NCBI GenBank assembly: GCA_010909165.1
Contig: VJWM01000007.1
Span: forward strand, 496,001 to 560,000
DNA: 64,000 nt
Reading direction: 5' to 3'
Origin: Anthoceros angustus
Lineage: Eukaryota; Plantae; Anthocerotophyta
Below are positions 35,691-49,217 of this stretch, piece after piece (position 1 is the stretch's first letter; each line of letters starts with the position of its first letter). The position numbers were made by a program, and so were the translations under genes. The notes under the pieces are model-generated. The model was not told where the DNA came from. It was given only the letters and a program-made list of their open reading frames with translations, and made no database searches.

Positions 35691-36718
35691 ATGGAGGACC
35701 CGCCGCTGCCCCGCCTCCGGAATGTCTTCGTCTATGGCTCGCTGCTGGCGCCGGAGGTGGTGTCGGCCCTCATCGACCGCGTGCCTCGCTCTTCCCCCGC
35801 CTACGTGACAGACTAGTATGCTCCTCGGAACCCTGAATCCAATGCTGGCCAGGCCACATGTGGCGGGCATGACGCTACCCTCCTCCTCCTGCCCTAGTAC
35901 GCCTTCCTGTGGACCACTTGTAATGGAGACTTGTTTCTTTGGCAGCCATAGGTACAGTGTCAAGGGGCGCCGGTACCCTGCAGCCATCCCTGTCCCGGAC
36001 CACAGAGTTATTGGCAAAGTAGGTCTCTCGCCCCTTCCCCGTCTCCCTTCCCAGCTTGGCACAAAACCCTTGCCCTGGAACCTCACCTCACCTCACCCGC
36101 TCCCGCCACCCGGCTCTGCGACATGGAGTGGCTTTGCTTTGACCAATGCTCCTGCTGGACCTTGACAGGTCCTGTTCGATCTCACCGACCAAGAGCTTGC
36201 CCTGTTGGACGAGTTCGAGGACATTGAGTACACCAAGGAGATCGTGGAGCCGGTGCTCATGGTATGCACTCTGCCTTGGCTTACTCACGTGCAACGTGTT
36301 ACACACCTTGCCTCCTAACTCTTACTTACTGCTGCTGTGCACCAGGGCTCTGGGAAGGAGATTGCCACGGGGCCGAGCAGTCCGTTGCAGGCGTCTGTAT
36401 ACGTGTGGGCGAATCTTAAGGATGAGAACCTGCAAGGGGAGTGGAGTTACGAGGTACGATTCCCATCCTGGAAAAGTGATGCCATGCCCTGGGAGTCTGT
36501 TGCATGTCAGTGTTTTTCCCCGCAAGACAAACCTGGCGCGTGTCTGGGACCGGTTCGATTTCTTTCCCTGAGATGGGCAGGATCACTCGCTAAGGGACGG
36601 ACTGGGTTATCGTTAACCTTAATGCCAATTGTGGTCTCAGGAATTCCGAGACAAGTACTTGGAAGAGTATGTCAAGATGTGCGAGGACTTTGTGAATGAC
36701 TATTATAAATCCGAGTGA
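35691..36718 (+). CDS. AIG2-like gamma-glutamylcyclotransferase-family protein, 5 exons
   Basis: NVFVYGSLL..EV, YHRYSVKGRRYPA, VLFDLTDQELALLDEFEDIEY, VYVW...GEWSYE, EF..KYLEEY. Confidence 0.9.
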
Positions 36719-36955
36719 GAGAGTGGCATGCGAGTGTTGCCTTGTTCATTGAGGGCCAAGAACGTAAGGCATGAGTGGAGGCTACTATGATGGTCAGAAC
36801 ATTTCATTAAGGTGAGAACCATATTAGCGATCAGAGCCACACACAGGTGCATTTAAGACAGGATGAAATTGCGGCAGAATTGAATGCCCAACTCTTCAAT
36901 TACAAAGGCTACATTGGCTGCTCTGATCGTAGAACAATTTCCCACGAGAAATAGC

Positions 36956-38621
36956 TTAATTATTAGATCGTTTATCAGGCACCTTTTCAATAAGCTCAGG
37001 AAGTACTTGGAACAGATCCGCTGCTAGCCCATAGTCGGCAACCTGAGAATGCGGCAACAGAACGTGCATGCTGGTCAGCTTGAAAGACGGAGTAGACACC
37101 TTGAGGGGAAAGGCATCCAAGGAAGGCGAATATTGAGTATTTACATTTTGTTTCCATTTCCTAATCAGTAACCTGGAGTCTACAGAAACACTCATCCGAA
37201 TAATTGAACTCCTAACCTGGAAGATAGGAGCATCCGCATCTTTGTTGATGGCGACGATAACCTTGGAGTCTTTGATGCCAGCGAGGTGTTGGATAGCCCC
37301 TGATACTCCGATAGCTATGTACAGATTCGGGGCCACAATCTTGCCTGTTTGGCCTATTTGCATGTCATTGGGTACAAATCCAGCATCCACTGCAGCCCTT
37401 GATGCACCAACTGCAAACAAAAGCTCGTGAGAAAATTCCCTTTCAACCAACAAAAAGGGAGTGTGTATGGCAAGGATGAAAGGCCAGAACCTGCTCCACC
37501 GAGCTTGTCGGCCAGCGTCTCCAACATCTTGAAGTTTTCAGCACTTTTCAGTCCACGCCCACCTGAGATGACAACTTTTGCACTTCCGAGCTCCGGACGG
37601 TCTGAAGCCTGTAAGTGTTGTCCAACCCACTCAGAGCTTGGAATGCCATCTGCTCGACGGTGCACAAGGTAAGGGAAAGGTGTGGAGGAGCCATCATCAG
37701 GAGTTCAGTAATGAGAGAGATGCCCACCTGTCTGCAGCTGTGATGCATCAAAGGGAAAAATGGGCGCCTGAGCTACCCCTGACAGAGGCAATCCAGAAAC
37801 TGCTGGAAACGCCGTCGGTCGAACAGTGAGCAGACATGGGCCTGAACCTTTGTAGCGGATTGTGCTCAAAGCATTCCCTGCATACATAGGTCTAAAAATC
37901 TGGGTTCAGCTTCCGTCATAGCATGAGCACTGAGAAGGCACCACTGCCCTCGGTACTCACCTCACGAAAGTACGATGGTCCACGATGCGCACGACATCAG
38001 AAATGGCTGATACTTCCAGAAGCGCGGCAGCCCTAGGAAGAATGCTCTTCCCTGTCGATGACGCAGCAGCCACAAGATGAGAATACCCCCCCTTTTTCTG
38101 CACCTGGACCAAGAGCTCGGCCCATGGCTCTGCTAACGCGTGCTTGAGATTCTCGGAATCCGCAACCAGCACCTGGCGGAATGAAAAAGCGATACATTAG
38201 CACGGTGGCTGCCTGCTTCCATCGTAACGCACTGGCTCGGGTTTGGGCTCGAGAGTCTGGGCTGTTACGGCGGATATGGCAGGATGAGAGGTGGATGCAT
38301 GAGCCGCAGCTGCGTGCAGCGCAGGCCCAGACCCGGCCAGGAGCAAGGACACCTTGCCGCCCTCCTCCAAGGCAGCAGCCGCTGCCACAGCGCTCAGTGA
38401 CGCAGCCTTCAAGGCTCCCCCTTCATGTTCCCCTAACACCAGCGTGCTGGCCTGTCATCAAACAATGGAAAGACTTGAGTTGTTGGGCGCCCAACACAGC
38501 AGAGCAGGCAAGCCTAGAGAGACCTCACCGCGCGAGTTGCTGCAACCGAGAAGCGGAGTGGGCTCGCAGGCCAGCTTCGCCGGAGGCGAGAATGTGCAAC
38601 TGCACGAATTGTAGCAGCCAT
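36956..38621 (-). CDS. ETFA: Electron transfer flavoprotein alpha subunit, mitochondrial
   Basis: [66 protein letters not shown], and an Arg/Ser-rich presequence. Confidence 0.95.
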
Positions 38622-38868
38622 AGCAAGCCCACCATTTGATTTATCCAGGCACGTCACGCCGATGCGTTAGCACATATATAGGCAGGAGGCAGACGAGGCA
38701 GGCCTGGATCTCGAACGCGGTTCTATCTCTAGGTGCATGCTTGGGAGAAAACATCGCTCATAAAAATCGAGGGGAAGGCAGTCCGTGTAAGACACACGTA
38801 GACTACATACAAGGTGTCAACGGGTGGTTGAAGGTGGCAGGCAGTTGTTTTTTGTTTGTCCTGGACCA

Positions 38869-39937
38869 ATGCATCAGCCTTGCGTGCTAGCTGCGCAGCA
38901 AGTGTGGTGCGGGAGCTCTCTGGCCCGGCGGGCTCCTCCGTGCGGCCGCCTGAATGTGCACTTCCAGCTGTGTGCGGTTAGCCTAGGGCGGGAGCGCAGG
39001 AGATTGTGCGGAAGAAGTCATGCATTCTCGGCTTGCCAGCGTCGTGTTCCAGGAGCAGCGAGGGGTCAGGCGGACACGGATACGAACACGGGCCAGCTCA
39101 AGGTAGGAGCCGCAGAGGTGGATGATGATGTTGCCTTGATGTGTGAGAGGAAAGGAATGAGGCTGCAACCAGAGTGTTGTGGTTTAGGGCACAGACGTAG
39201 AGGCAGCAGACATGGAGGCCATGGATGAGGGTGAGCTGGATGAGCTGTTCGAGGAGTTTGGGGAAGTGGTTGTCCCTGACTCTGGGGATCGAACACCAAC
39301 CTCTGAGGTGGATGATGATTCAGAAAGCCTGGCATGTGAGTCGTCATGTGGTTTTCGTGGTAGGCTGGTCGCGGCCATGGCTGCCTTGTTTTTGTGGTTG
39401 TAAGCTTTTTAGGGTGTGTCTGGTTGCAGTTGCCATTGCAATTGCTGAGGCGGCCAACGAGGTGAAGGCCGGGGACATCAAGGTCTTGTTTGTGAAGCCG
39501 TTGATTTACTGGACCCGCTTCTTCGTCCTGGCAACCGGATTCTCCAAGCCGCAAATCGGTGCCATAGCGTATGTCCGATGTTGTAACACCCCTCTTCCTG
39601 CCATTCGTCATTCATCTTTCCTCATTGCTTCCTCTTGCTGTGAGCAGGGATAGGATCAGAGAAGTCGGCGAGGGTTACAACAGGGAGCCTCGGGGGGACC
39701 TGAAAGCAAACGCTTGGACACTCCTGGATTTCGGTGAGCTCGTCGCTTCTTTGCAAGAAAAACCCTTCCCGATCGTGAAACAGTCCATCGTGGATGTGGT
39801 CTGACACTCCCTTGGGTGCAGGAGATGTGGTAGTGCATGTCTTCCAGCCTAAGGAACGGGCGTACTACAACCTGGAGGAGTTCTACGGGAACGCGCCCGT
39901 GGTAGAGCTACCTTTCGAGTCTCGATCCATAGACTAG
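38869..39937 (+). CDS. IOJAP: Plastid Iojap / ribosomal silencing factor RsfS
   Basis: DDDSESLAFA..A..VKAGDIKVLFVKPLIYWTRFF, WTLLDFG-DVVVHVF..ERAYYNLEEFYGNA. Confidence 0.93.
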
Positions 39938-40226
39938 GATAAATACGAAATTGCAGCGGCCATCTCTCCGATCTGACAGAGCTGGCCAGGCCCCACCAAA
40001 TTCCGTCTGTTTGTGTTCGTAGGAAGGAAAGTTGAGGGAATATTACGGGGGACGTCATATAGGCCCCGCCCCGTGCATGCACCAATGCTAGGCCTGAATT
40101 TTTCTCGGAGGAAGGAAGATTTGTCCCAGGTCCAATGATTGTGGAGTACATTCATGCTTGTAGACCAGCTCAGCTGCCGAGGAAGAGAAGGCAGGCGAGT
40201 GCGTCTGGGGCCTCAACTGGCGGGAG

Positions 40227-42262
40227 ATGGCAGCAGCGGCGACTCCCGTGGCCGCTGACGACACGGAAGCTCTGCCTCTCCCGGAATCGGCCAACGGATA
40301 TGGTGCTGACAAGAGCGTGGCTAAAGCTGGCTACTTCAGCTCCTTCCCGTCCAGCATCAAGTTTCTGGTGGCCACAGAGTTCCCGGAAAGATTTGTCTTC
40401 TACGGGCTGAAGGCTGTGCTAGCGTTGTTCCTGTACCAGCATCTGGGGTTGAGCGAGAACTCAGCCACCGAGCTAGTTCATCTGTTTGTGGTGGTGACAT
40501 ACACCGCACCCCTGTTGGGCGGCTTCTTCAGCGACGGTGTGTGGGTAGGTGGTATTCAACTCTTGTTGTCCTCAGAGCTTGAGGCTGATGAAAGTTGCAG
40601 TGCTGGCTGTGGGACTCAGTTGGGCGTTGACTGAATTTGGTGGCAGGGCAGCTATCGCACCATCTTATGGCTGGATTTCTTCAACGTTGCGGGGATCTGG
40701 ATACTGCTGCTGTCGTCTGTACGAGATGCAGCGACTTGGTTGCCCCGGGCGGGGGTGGTGGGCGCATCCTCGCTGGGAATTTTTCTGGTGGCCTTAAGTG
40801 CCGGGGGAATGAGACCCTGCATCTGTGCATTCGGGGCCGACCAGGTGGAGTACTCTGTTTGGAACTCGGCCACCCGCGAGCTTGTGCAGCGTAGGTTTTT
40901 CTCGCTCTTCTACTTCGTGGCCAACTCGGCCTCCGTGGTGACCAAGCTGCTGACTCCTTTCCTGAGAGCCAATACGTCCTACGCCGTGGCCTTCACGGTG
41001 CTGGGTGTGATGGCCCTGCTGGCTCTGTCCGCATTTTGGGGAGGCAGGAGGTCGTACGTGGTGAGGGCACCGGAGGGGAATGTTTATGGCTCGGTGGTGA
41101 GAATGGTCTGGGATGCCTGGAAGGTTAGGGGAAAGAAGGAGGAAGAAGCTCCCCTCCTTTTGGAGCAGAGCAGCGGGGGCAGCAGCAGCAGCAGCAAGAC
41201 AGGAGGACACTGGCTGGATGGTGCCAAGGTGAAGCACGATGAAGGCGAGGTGGAGGACCTGAAGAGGCTGTTGCGGGTGATCGTGGTGCTGCTGCCCACT
41301 CCTGTGTACTGGGCTCTGGGCGACCAACAGTCCTCCAAGTGGGTGTTTCAGGGCAGCAAGTTGAACGGGCGCGTTTCCTGGCTGGGGGGACTGGTCATCC
41401 AACCTGACCAGATGGTGGTATAAGGGCCCAGGGCCAAGCCATCCATGTGTGCATTCCAGCATGTGGTGTGGTTGCAGGATTGATGCTCTAAGCTTGTGTG
41501 GGCTGCTTGCTACCGCAGGCCTTGAACCCGACGCTGGTGCTGCTCATGATCCCAGTAGCAGACCAGCTGATATATCCAGGCCTACGGAATCTAGGAGTGC
41601 GCTTCTCGCCACTGGCGAGGATGGTGGCGGGCATTCTGTTGGGCGCGCTAGCCTTCGTGGTGGCCGGGCTGCTTCAGCTGGCGATCGACACTCACAAGGA
41701 GCAGCAGCTGTCCATCCTCTGGCAACTGCCGCAGTACGTGCTCATCACGGCCGGGGAGGTTCTCTTCAGCGTCACCGGTACGTGTGAGATCCTGCACTTC
41801 TCGTCTCCTGGGTCCTGATTGCGCCTCTCATCAGTGTATGTCCTAACTGCGACACGTGGCGTGGCACCAGGATCCGCCTTCGCCTACAGCGAGGCACCGG
41901 CCAGCATGAAAGCAGTGGCGCAGTCGGCGTGGATGCTCACCGTGGCAGCTGGTGGGGTCTCCGTCTCCCCCTTGCTTTACCTTGTTTCCCGTGCATTTCA
42001 GCAACCCAACCTGCTTCTGCTCTTCCCTTTCTGCCTACAGTGTAACTGTCGTCAGCTACCTTTGTCTGGCTCACTTGTTGTCTCTCACCCGTTTCCTTGC
42101 TTGCGATTGCGAGTATGCGCAGGCAACCTGGTGACCATTATCATGGTGGCCATAATCGGAGAACGGCTGTCCGTGGCAAACGAGTTTTTCGTGTTCGCCG
42201 GCCTGGCCGTGGTAGCGTTGCTCACGTTGTCCCGCCTCGCATCCGGCTTCCCCTACCAGTAG
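40227..42262 (+). CDS. POT/PTR2 proton-coupled oligopeptide transporter, SLC15A1/PEPT1-like type
   Basis: EFPERFVFYG, YTAPLLGGFFSD, GGMRPCICAFGADQ, PVYWALGDQQSSKW, IQPDQM...LNP, WQLPQYVLITAGEVLFSVTG. Confidence 0.92.
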
Positions 42263-43195
42263 CAAGGCCAGGGGCAGTGGGCACTTAGTACTTATATGTA
42301 CAGCATCCAATGTACCGGAGCAACACGTACATGGTACAAAACTGTGCCTATGGCTAGGAACATTGTTGATTCTCTCTCATCAATTCAGCAGGCGCCTGGC
42401 CTGAGTTGGCGATGCCCAACAGTCTCCGATGTGGGGACCCAGATGGACAGCCTAGTCTTGTCATGCCGGTGCACCTGGACATAGTCCACTGCTGCCTGCC
42501 AAAGTGCCAAAGCCGGCAGCCTAACTGGATGCAACTTACTTTTCCACACTCAATCTTATGTCAGGAAGACAGGAAGGCACCGCAGAATCTTGGGCAAGAC
42601 GCTTCTCTTCTGGATCCGTCGGGGCCCAGAAACTTGGAAGCAACCAGCGCGGACTGTCTGCCGTGTCTTGCAGAGTCCCGGTCGAGCTTCCATACTTATT
42701 ACCAAAAGAAGCAGCCCAATGGCGGGTTTATGCAAGCTCATTGGGTGGCGCGAGCACGGGTTTCCGGACCTACAGTGGCGCCAGCACAGCCACCAGTTGT
42801 CAGTGAATCCCGAAGTCGCGCTGCCTCTCTTGCATTCCCATCACCGCCTCTGCCGCAATCCTGGCCGAGATTGACGCCGGTTCCGGTGCCGGTGCCGTTG
42901 CCTCAGAGATATATCTTCCTGCCTTCCGTCCTTCGGCAGACCTCCAGTACGACTTGCTCTTAGATTTCTGCAGCCTGCACCTCCTCAAGCCAGCCCCGCC
43001 TCCCTTTTTCGCCTTCCCGTCTCCGTGCTGCTCGGGTGCAGGCTCACTTCAGTCGCCAGGCGAGTCAGGCCTTGTATCCCAATCTCATCTTGCCTTCCCC
43101 CGATCCCCGCTCCATTCCTTGTCAACATGCCAGCATGTGCGTGCCTGCTCCTCCAGCCTCCCCTCTAGAGCGCCTGCCCGCCCCCGGGATCCCAC

Positions 43196-46100
43196 ATGGA
43201 GGTCGCCAGCGCCCAGCAACCTCTGCTGGAGGCGGTGCCGGAGCCGGAGCCCGGCGACGCGCTCATTGGAGACGCGCTGGGAGTGGAGAGTCTGGATTAC
43301 GAACCCATCCATAGCACTGTCTACGCGCATTCCAAGCGGAGATCGTTGCAGCGGCATCTCTACGGGTATCTGCTCTCATCTGCTCCTTCGGGACGGCTCT
43401 GGCTTCCCCCGCAGCCCGCCCGATTCATGACCCAGCTTCTGATCGTCTGCCAGATACACCGGGCTCACTTTCGCCAAATGGAGCATCACCCTCGTGGTGG
43501 GTGTGTTGGTGGGATTGCTGGGCCACTGTATTTCCACCTGCCAGGAGTTCATAATTGTGAACAAGGTAACAACGCAGCTCGGCTTCCGTGGTAGGTGAAT
43601 CCACGCTCACCCTCGTCATGTCTGTCTTGCCTGCTGCGCAGAAGCACTTGGCTCAGGAATTCATCAACCGTGGGGGCTTGTGGGTTGCCTTCATTGGCTA
43701 CGCCTCCTTTGGCATTCTGCTTGTTCTGATATCAAGCTGCGTAGTCCTCTATTTGGCTCCTGCCGCAGCTGGCGGTGGGGTGAGTCAGCGTGCTGGCGCA
43801 TTTTGTGTTCATTTCAGGACTGCGTCTTGCTATGGCGCGAGCTTGTGTGGAAGAGGAAACAGGGCAGCTCACGCACACCTGCTGATCTTATGCAGGTCAC
43901 TTTAGTCATTGCTTATCTAAACGGGAATGATATTCCTAATTTTTTCAAATTCAATACCTTGATTGCTAAGGTAATGCATCCTCCAACTGTCCTGCAATCT
44001 CCTTGCGCTTTCTATGCTTCTGCTCCGTACCTGATTGGAGGTGCCACTTCTTGGGATGATGAGCTCATGCAGACGGAAATGTTTACTCTCCTTGCATTTT
44101 CCTGCTCCAGATTATTGGAACCATCTGCACGATATCGTCGGGTCTTCCTGTGAGTTCCAATCCTACCGTCACCCTGCATTCGCCGGAGAATGGACTTTCA
44201 TGGACTAAACACAGACAGTCCCATTTGCATGTCTGCAGCTTGGTCAGGAAGGTCCTATGGTTCACATTGGAGGGGCCATTGCCTCCACTCTCACCTGGAT
44301 GCACGGCGAGTTTCCCACCTCTAAGAAGAAGAAGCATTCGGCCAAAGCTGATCTCTGTTGCTGCCTGTGTCAACCAAAAGCTTGTCAATTTGTAAGTCAA
44401 AATTTCACTTGTTTTGCAACACATCGATCAGCACCAGGAGATGCCAAAGAGCTGTGTTCTACACACTTGTTTTCAACCACCACACTCCATTGCCTCACGA
44501 TGTGGACATTACCCGCAGGATTTTCACAATGATAGGGATCGCAGAGAGTTTATCTCAGCTGGCACTGCGGCAGGGTAATTGTCTTGCTCCTATTGCTTGA
44601 GATTATGGACCACAAAATGCTTATTGAGATTGTGGATGATCCCATCTTGCTTCGCAAGTGGCTTGAGGAAAGCCTTCGTATATGTGTGGGCAAGGGAATC
44701 ATTAACCCTGTATACCTGCTCAAGCAGTTTGGCAGCTGCATTTGGAGCTCCTATTGGAGGTGTGCTCTTCTCACTTGAGGAAGCATCAAGTTTCTGGTCT
44801 CGAAAGGTATACGCACAGAACTTTCATACATTTTCATCTTTATCACCTGGGTTGACACCTGCCTCGACCATATCAGCCCAGCCACATGTCTGTGGTCAGT
44901 TGACTCAGTATTGAATGTAAAGGTCATGTGGCGTTCAATTGTTTGCACAGCCACGGCAACCATGGTGATTGCTTGGCTTCAAGACAGGTCTGTCTCCTCC
45001 TATCATGTTTGGTTTGTGAGCAATCTGGTTCTGAGCATGTCCACATGCTTGGGTATGATGTGACTTGATTATGATGCACTGTTGTTGGAATCATGCAGAG
45101 GTTTCTCCTTTGTCCTTCCAAGCCACCTGTCATTCCATGGACTTGAGGTAAACACAGGAAACGCTTGTTGTCTAGTATACCATGAGCTTCCTGTTTTATG
45201 CTTGACGTTATGTCGTACTTTCAGCGTTTGAAGTCTCTTTGGTGCATTATAAGTAACTGGACAGGTTTGTGTCATGCAGCCAGAGTTCAACCTCCACGAT
45301 CTGCCACTCTTTGTCGTAACAAGCTTGGGAGCGGGCGTGATGGGTGCACTCCTCAACACCAGTCATACCTGGCTTATAAATTGGAGGCCACCGTCAGCCA
45401 ACAAGGTGCAGAGGTAAGAAGTTGAAGAGAGAGAGCGTACTTGGCCGTTATAAAACAATCCATCTGCAATAAGGAGTGTATTCTGATCTTTTGGTTCATG
45501 TGTTTCTGTGTGCAGGCTGGTTGAGGCATGCCTGGTCACTTTTGTTTGCATTGCACTCATGTTTGTTCTCCCCTTTTTGTTCGGGCGCTGTGTTGAAATT
45601 CAGGAAGAGTAAGCTGCCTGAGCCTGAACCATCATCGTGGATTGGGCTTTACCATGAAAGATGATTGAGATCAGGTTATTTACTTCACTTGATTTGCTGT
45701 ATTTAATGCAGTCAGATGGTTCCAGAGCCTTACTGGTTTCAGTATGCTTGCTCTGCAAAGCAAGAAAATGGGGATGTGTCAGTCTACAATGACTTGGCAA
45801 CCATGTACTTTTCACTACCCCATGAGGTGGGGAAAATCCAGAATTGTCAAGTCAAAAAGTTGTAAGGCTTTGTCCGTGCTAATGGATAGGTGTGGCAGAC
45901 AATACAGAAGCTTCTTGAATTGGGCGGATCTGTGGAAACGCCTTTCACAATAAGCAGTTTGGGGATTCACGCTGTCTCCTTCTTGATTATGTTTATTCTC
46001 TCCTATGGGATTGCTACTCCAGGGGGCATTTTCATGCCTTCCATCTTGGTAGGTTCTGAACCTGGTTGTTCTTCGTACGCAATTTATCCTGATCATGTTT

Positions 46101-47855
46101 CTACATTCTCACAGCAATCTCCGCTGTTAGGTTGGTGCTTCATTTGGAGCCTTCATGGGACGCATTTATGAGCTTTTACTTCCCAGGTGACTCGTTTGTG
46201 TCAAAGTTTGTGTGGATGGTGAAGTTCTGGAACTGTATCATGTTCTCTGTGGAGGGGAAATGAACCCTCTTTTCCTTCAGTGCTAATGTGCAGCCAGGTC
46301 ATCATGCTCTCATGGGTGCATCTGCTATGCTTGGAGGGGTGTTTCGCACATCGATTTCTCTGGTAAAATGTCCAGCCTGATATTGCGTATTAGCATAGCC
46401 TCCATCTAAGCTTTTGACCCTCTGAATTTGACAGGTCGTCATCATGGTGGAAGGAACTGGTGGTATAGAGTTTATTCTTCCAGTTATTCTAGCAATTGTA
46501 GTTTCAAATTATGTTGCGCATTACATCCATCCATCGGGTGCATATGAGGCAGACTTGGATCGCCTTGGTAAGAATTGAATGGAACAGGAGGTGGCGCTGG
46601 AAATAGATGCATAGTGCTCACCTTTTCTGCTGTTTCCACCTTTATCTCTGATATTATGAGGCACTGCATTTCAGGGGATGTATGTTTCTTACACAGTGAG
46701 CCATCACACGAGCTCCTAAACTATACAGCGACTGATATTATGTCAGAGGATCTCGTCACCTTTGAAGAGGTGGGTGGTTCCCCGTATGTGGAAAATCATT
46801 TCCCGCTGGATGCTTCTACCTGTACAAAAGATGATCTAGCAATGCATGCCATGTTTCTGTACGCCATAGGACAAGATGTCTAGCAGGGGCTATTCAGCTT
46901 ATGCCGTTTTGCATGTTGTGGTGACTGCAATCAGTTGGGTGCTTGTGCAGGCTAATATCCTCCTAATTTGTCCGTCTTTGGTGTACATGGTGTAATGCAG
47001 GTTCCCCTGCTGTCGGAAGTCATCGAGACGCTTCGTTCATGCCAGCACAATGGTTTTCCTGTTCTGCAGCAGGACAAATCTGGGAGACAACTAGCTGGCC
47101 TGATCTTGAGGCATCAGCTCCTAGTCTTGATAGAGCAACGGGCGTTCGTGGAGGTGGACATGAAGACGAGAGCCCTTCCTCCAGAGAAGGATATTGGCAC
47201 CGACGAGCTGTTTCTGGATCATGCCATGAGGGTGTACCATCATTGCCATTATCGACATCGCAGAGACCTGTCCTCCCGTCCGGAAGCACTGGAAGACTTG
47301 GAAGTTGGAGAGGTTTTGGCAGCGCCACCTCCTGTGATCTCTGTAAGTGAACCCAATGGTAGCAATCAAACGGCTGAGATAAAGGCCAATGCAGAGGAGG
47401 TGCCCAAGAAAGAGCTGGCTTTGGATCTGAGACCCTTCATGAATAGAGCCCCTCTGACTGTAAGTGCTTGAGGTGGTCGTTGCTTGGTCATTCTGGACTG
47501 TGGTTGAGCTTTTCCTTTTACTAAGATAAATGCTCCCATCCCAGGTACGTGCCGAGTGCTCGGCACATCGGGTATTCATTATATTCAGAACCTTGGGACT
47601 TCGACACTTGTGTGTCACTGATTCACGCAACAGGTAAGGATGTTCAGCTTCTTTGTAAGAAGATTCTGCATTGCCAACTTCCCTAGTAACGACCCTCCGG
47701 TTTGCAGGGTAGTAGGTATGATTACAAGAAAAGACCTAGCTCATGCACGTCAAGTAGCAGCAGCCCGATCTGGGCGAATGTTGAGGCCTATGGATGTAGA
47801 CATACAGGCCAGAAACGCCAAAGGGAGGCAGGATGTGTTATACAATTTACCCTGA
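43196..47855 (+). CDS. CLC chloride/anion transporter with C-terminal CBS domains, many exons
   Basis: [57 protein letters not shown], and CBS motifs HNGFPV and VGMITRKDL. Confidence 0.95.
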
Positions 47856-48145
47856 CACACACCTGCACTGGGTTGTAGCCACTGTTCTTTCACCCCGGTC
47901 CTACTTGGGGTCCAGTATCAGCAAAGATTGTGTACAGATTTAATAAATGTTGGCTACTCTGCTGATGACTGCTGCATGTAGACTAGAAGACACGCAGTAT
48001 CAGTAGTGTAACCCCATCTCTCTCGCTGTTGTCTCACAGGTTCTAGAAACCAGTGACACACCAAGTTCCCGCTATCAATCACAAATTGGTGGTGGCCTAG
48101 TCATTTTTACAAAGCCTAACTCAAGCATGCTTCCTTCGCTTTCCC

Positions 48146-48644
48146 TCATGCCCAAATGAAAACCCCCTTCGCACTCTCCACGTATTGGTGAACATTACCC
48201 CCGTGCGTGAGCACTGGCCCTCGCAACTTGACCGGCCTCGTTCTCAAAACAGCCTCTAATCTAGGGCGGGAGGAGGCAAGGTTACGAGCCACAGCCACCT
48301 CTCTCCAAAACTCCTGTGCAACATCACCATCGTCGTCCGCACAAAGTCTCTCCACGTACCATGTGAAACCCTGCACGCTCCAGAAACGACTCGAACTGTG
48401 AGAAGAGGCGAAACGGGACGAGGCCTGAGACAAACGTAGCGTTAGGTTGCAGAAGCTCGACCTGAACACCGCCGTCCCCAGCCACGCATTGACAGACCAC
48501 CGGCCCATGAGCTTGCCCTTGAGCTGCTACCTTGACCGAAAATCCAACACCGGAAGGGACACCTGCTTTCCCCGTCTCCTTGGAATCACTCCCTGATTTC
48601 TTGGAGCCGAAATGAGCAAAGAATTTCTTGAGCAGAGCAGCCAT
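48146..48644 (-). CDS. Small conserved plant protein of unknown function, 2 exons (48644-48462, 48370-48146)
   Basis: The spliced product reads GFSVKV...GPVVCQCVAGDGGVQ/GFTWYVERLCADDDGDVAQEF...PR...HQYVE. From memory it resembles an uncharacterised land-plant family (GDGGVQGLxWY..L..DEDGDVADEF). Confidence 0.75.
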
Positions 48645-49217
48645 GATGCCCACAGTGCGTGTTCAAGAGCAGCCCCGATTGGCACCCCGGCTGCCCATGT
48701 CCCTCCCAGCTGACACCCAACAACCGGGCCTCCGCATCCCAAGCCCCCTGTTCCCCCGCCCTCCTTCGCTCGATTCCTGCCTGCACGCTTTCCTCCTTCC
48801 ACAAACGAGAATTGCAGCACAGCAGCAGCAGCAGCATCAAGCAGGCGGCTCCCAGATCGTGGCAAGTCGACTCCGCACTTGCTACCATATTCCTTCCGTT
48901 GCGTCTATTTATGTAGCACCGTATACAATAACGGCATATTATTATTACGTATGGTACATCCGTGACCTACATATATGCCTCGTAGGTGCCGTTTCCACCT
49001 TTGTACATGTGTGCTTTTAAGGTTGGCCAAATGTATGTACATATGTACATACATACCCTTCTTCTCCTCCTCCTTCCCGCACCCCGCACGAACGAACATG
49101 TACATCTACGGTTTGATGGCCTTCGGAGATTGATAGGCATGAAGCCCAGGCATGCGGCATGGTGTAGTATACATGTTGACTGGGTAGGTGTAGGTGAACG
49201 AAAGGGCAGGTGTCCAA

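Noticed and set aside
42406-42988. 185-aa ORF between the POT and CLC genes
   Set aside because: Starts at a non-ATG codon, has no motif, and overlaps the likely CLC promoter and 5' region.
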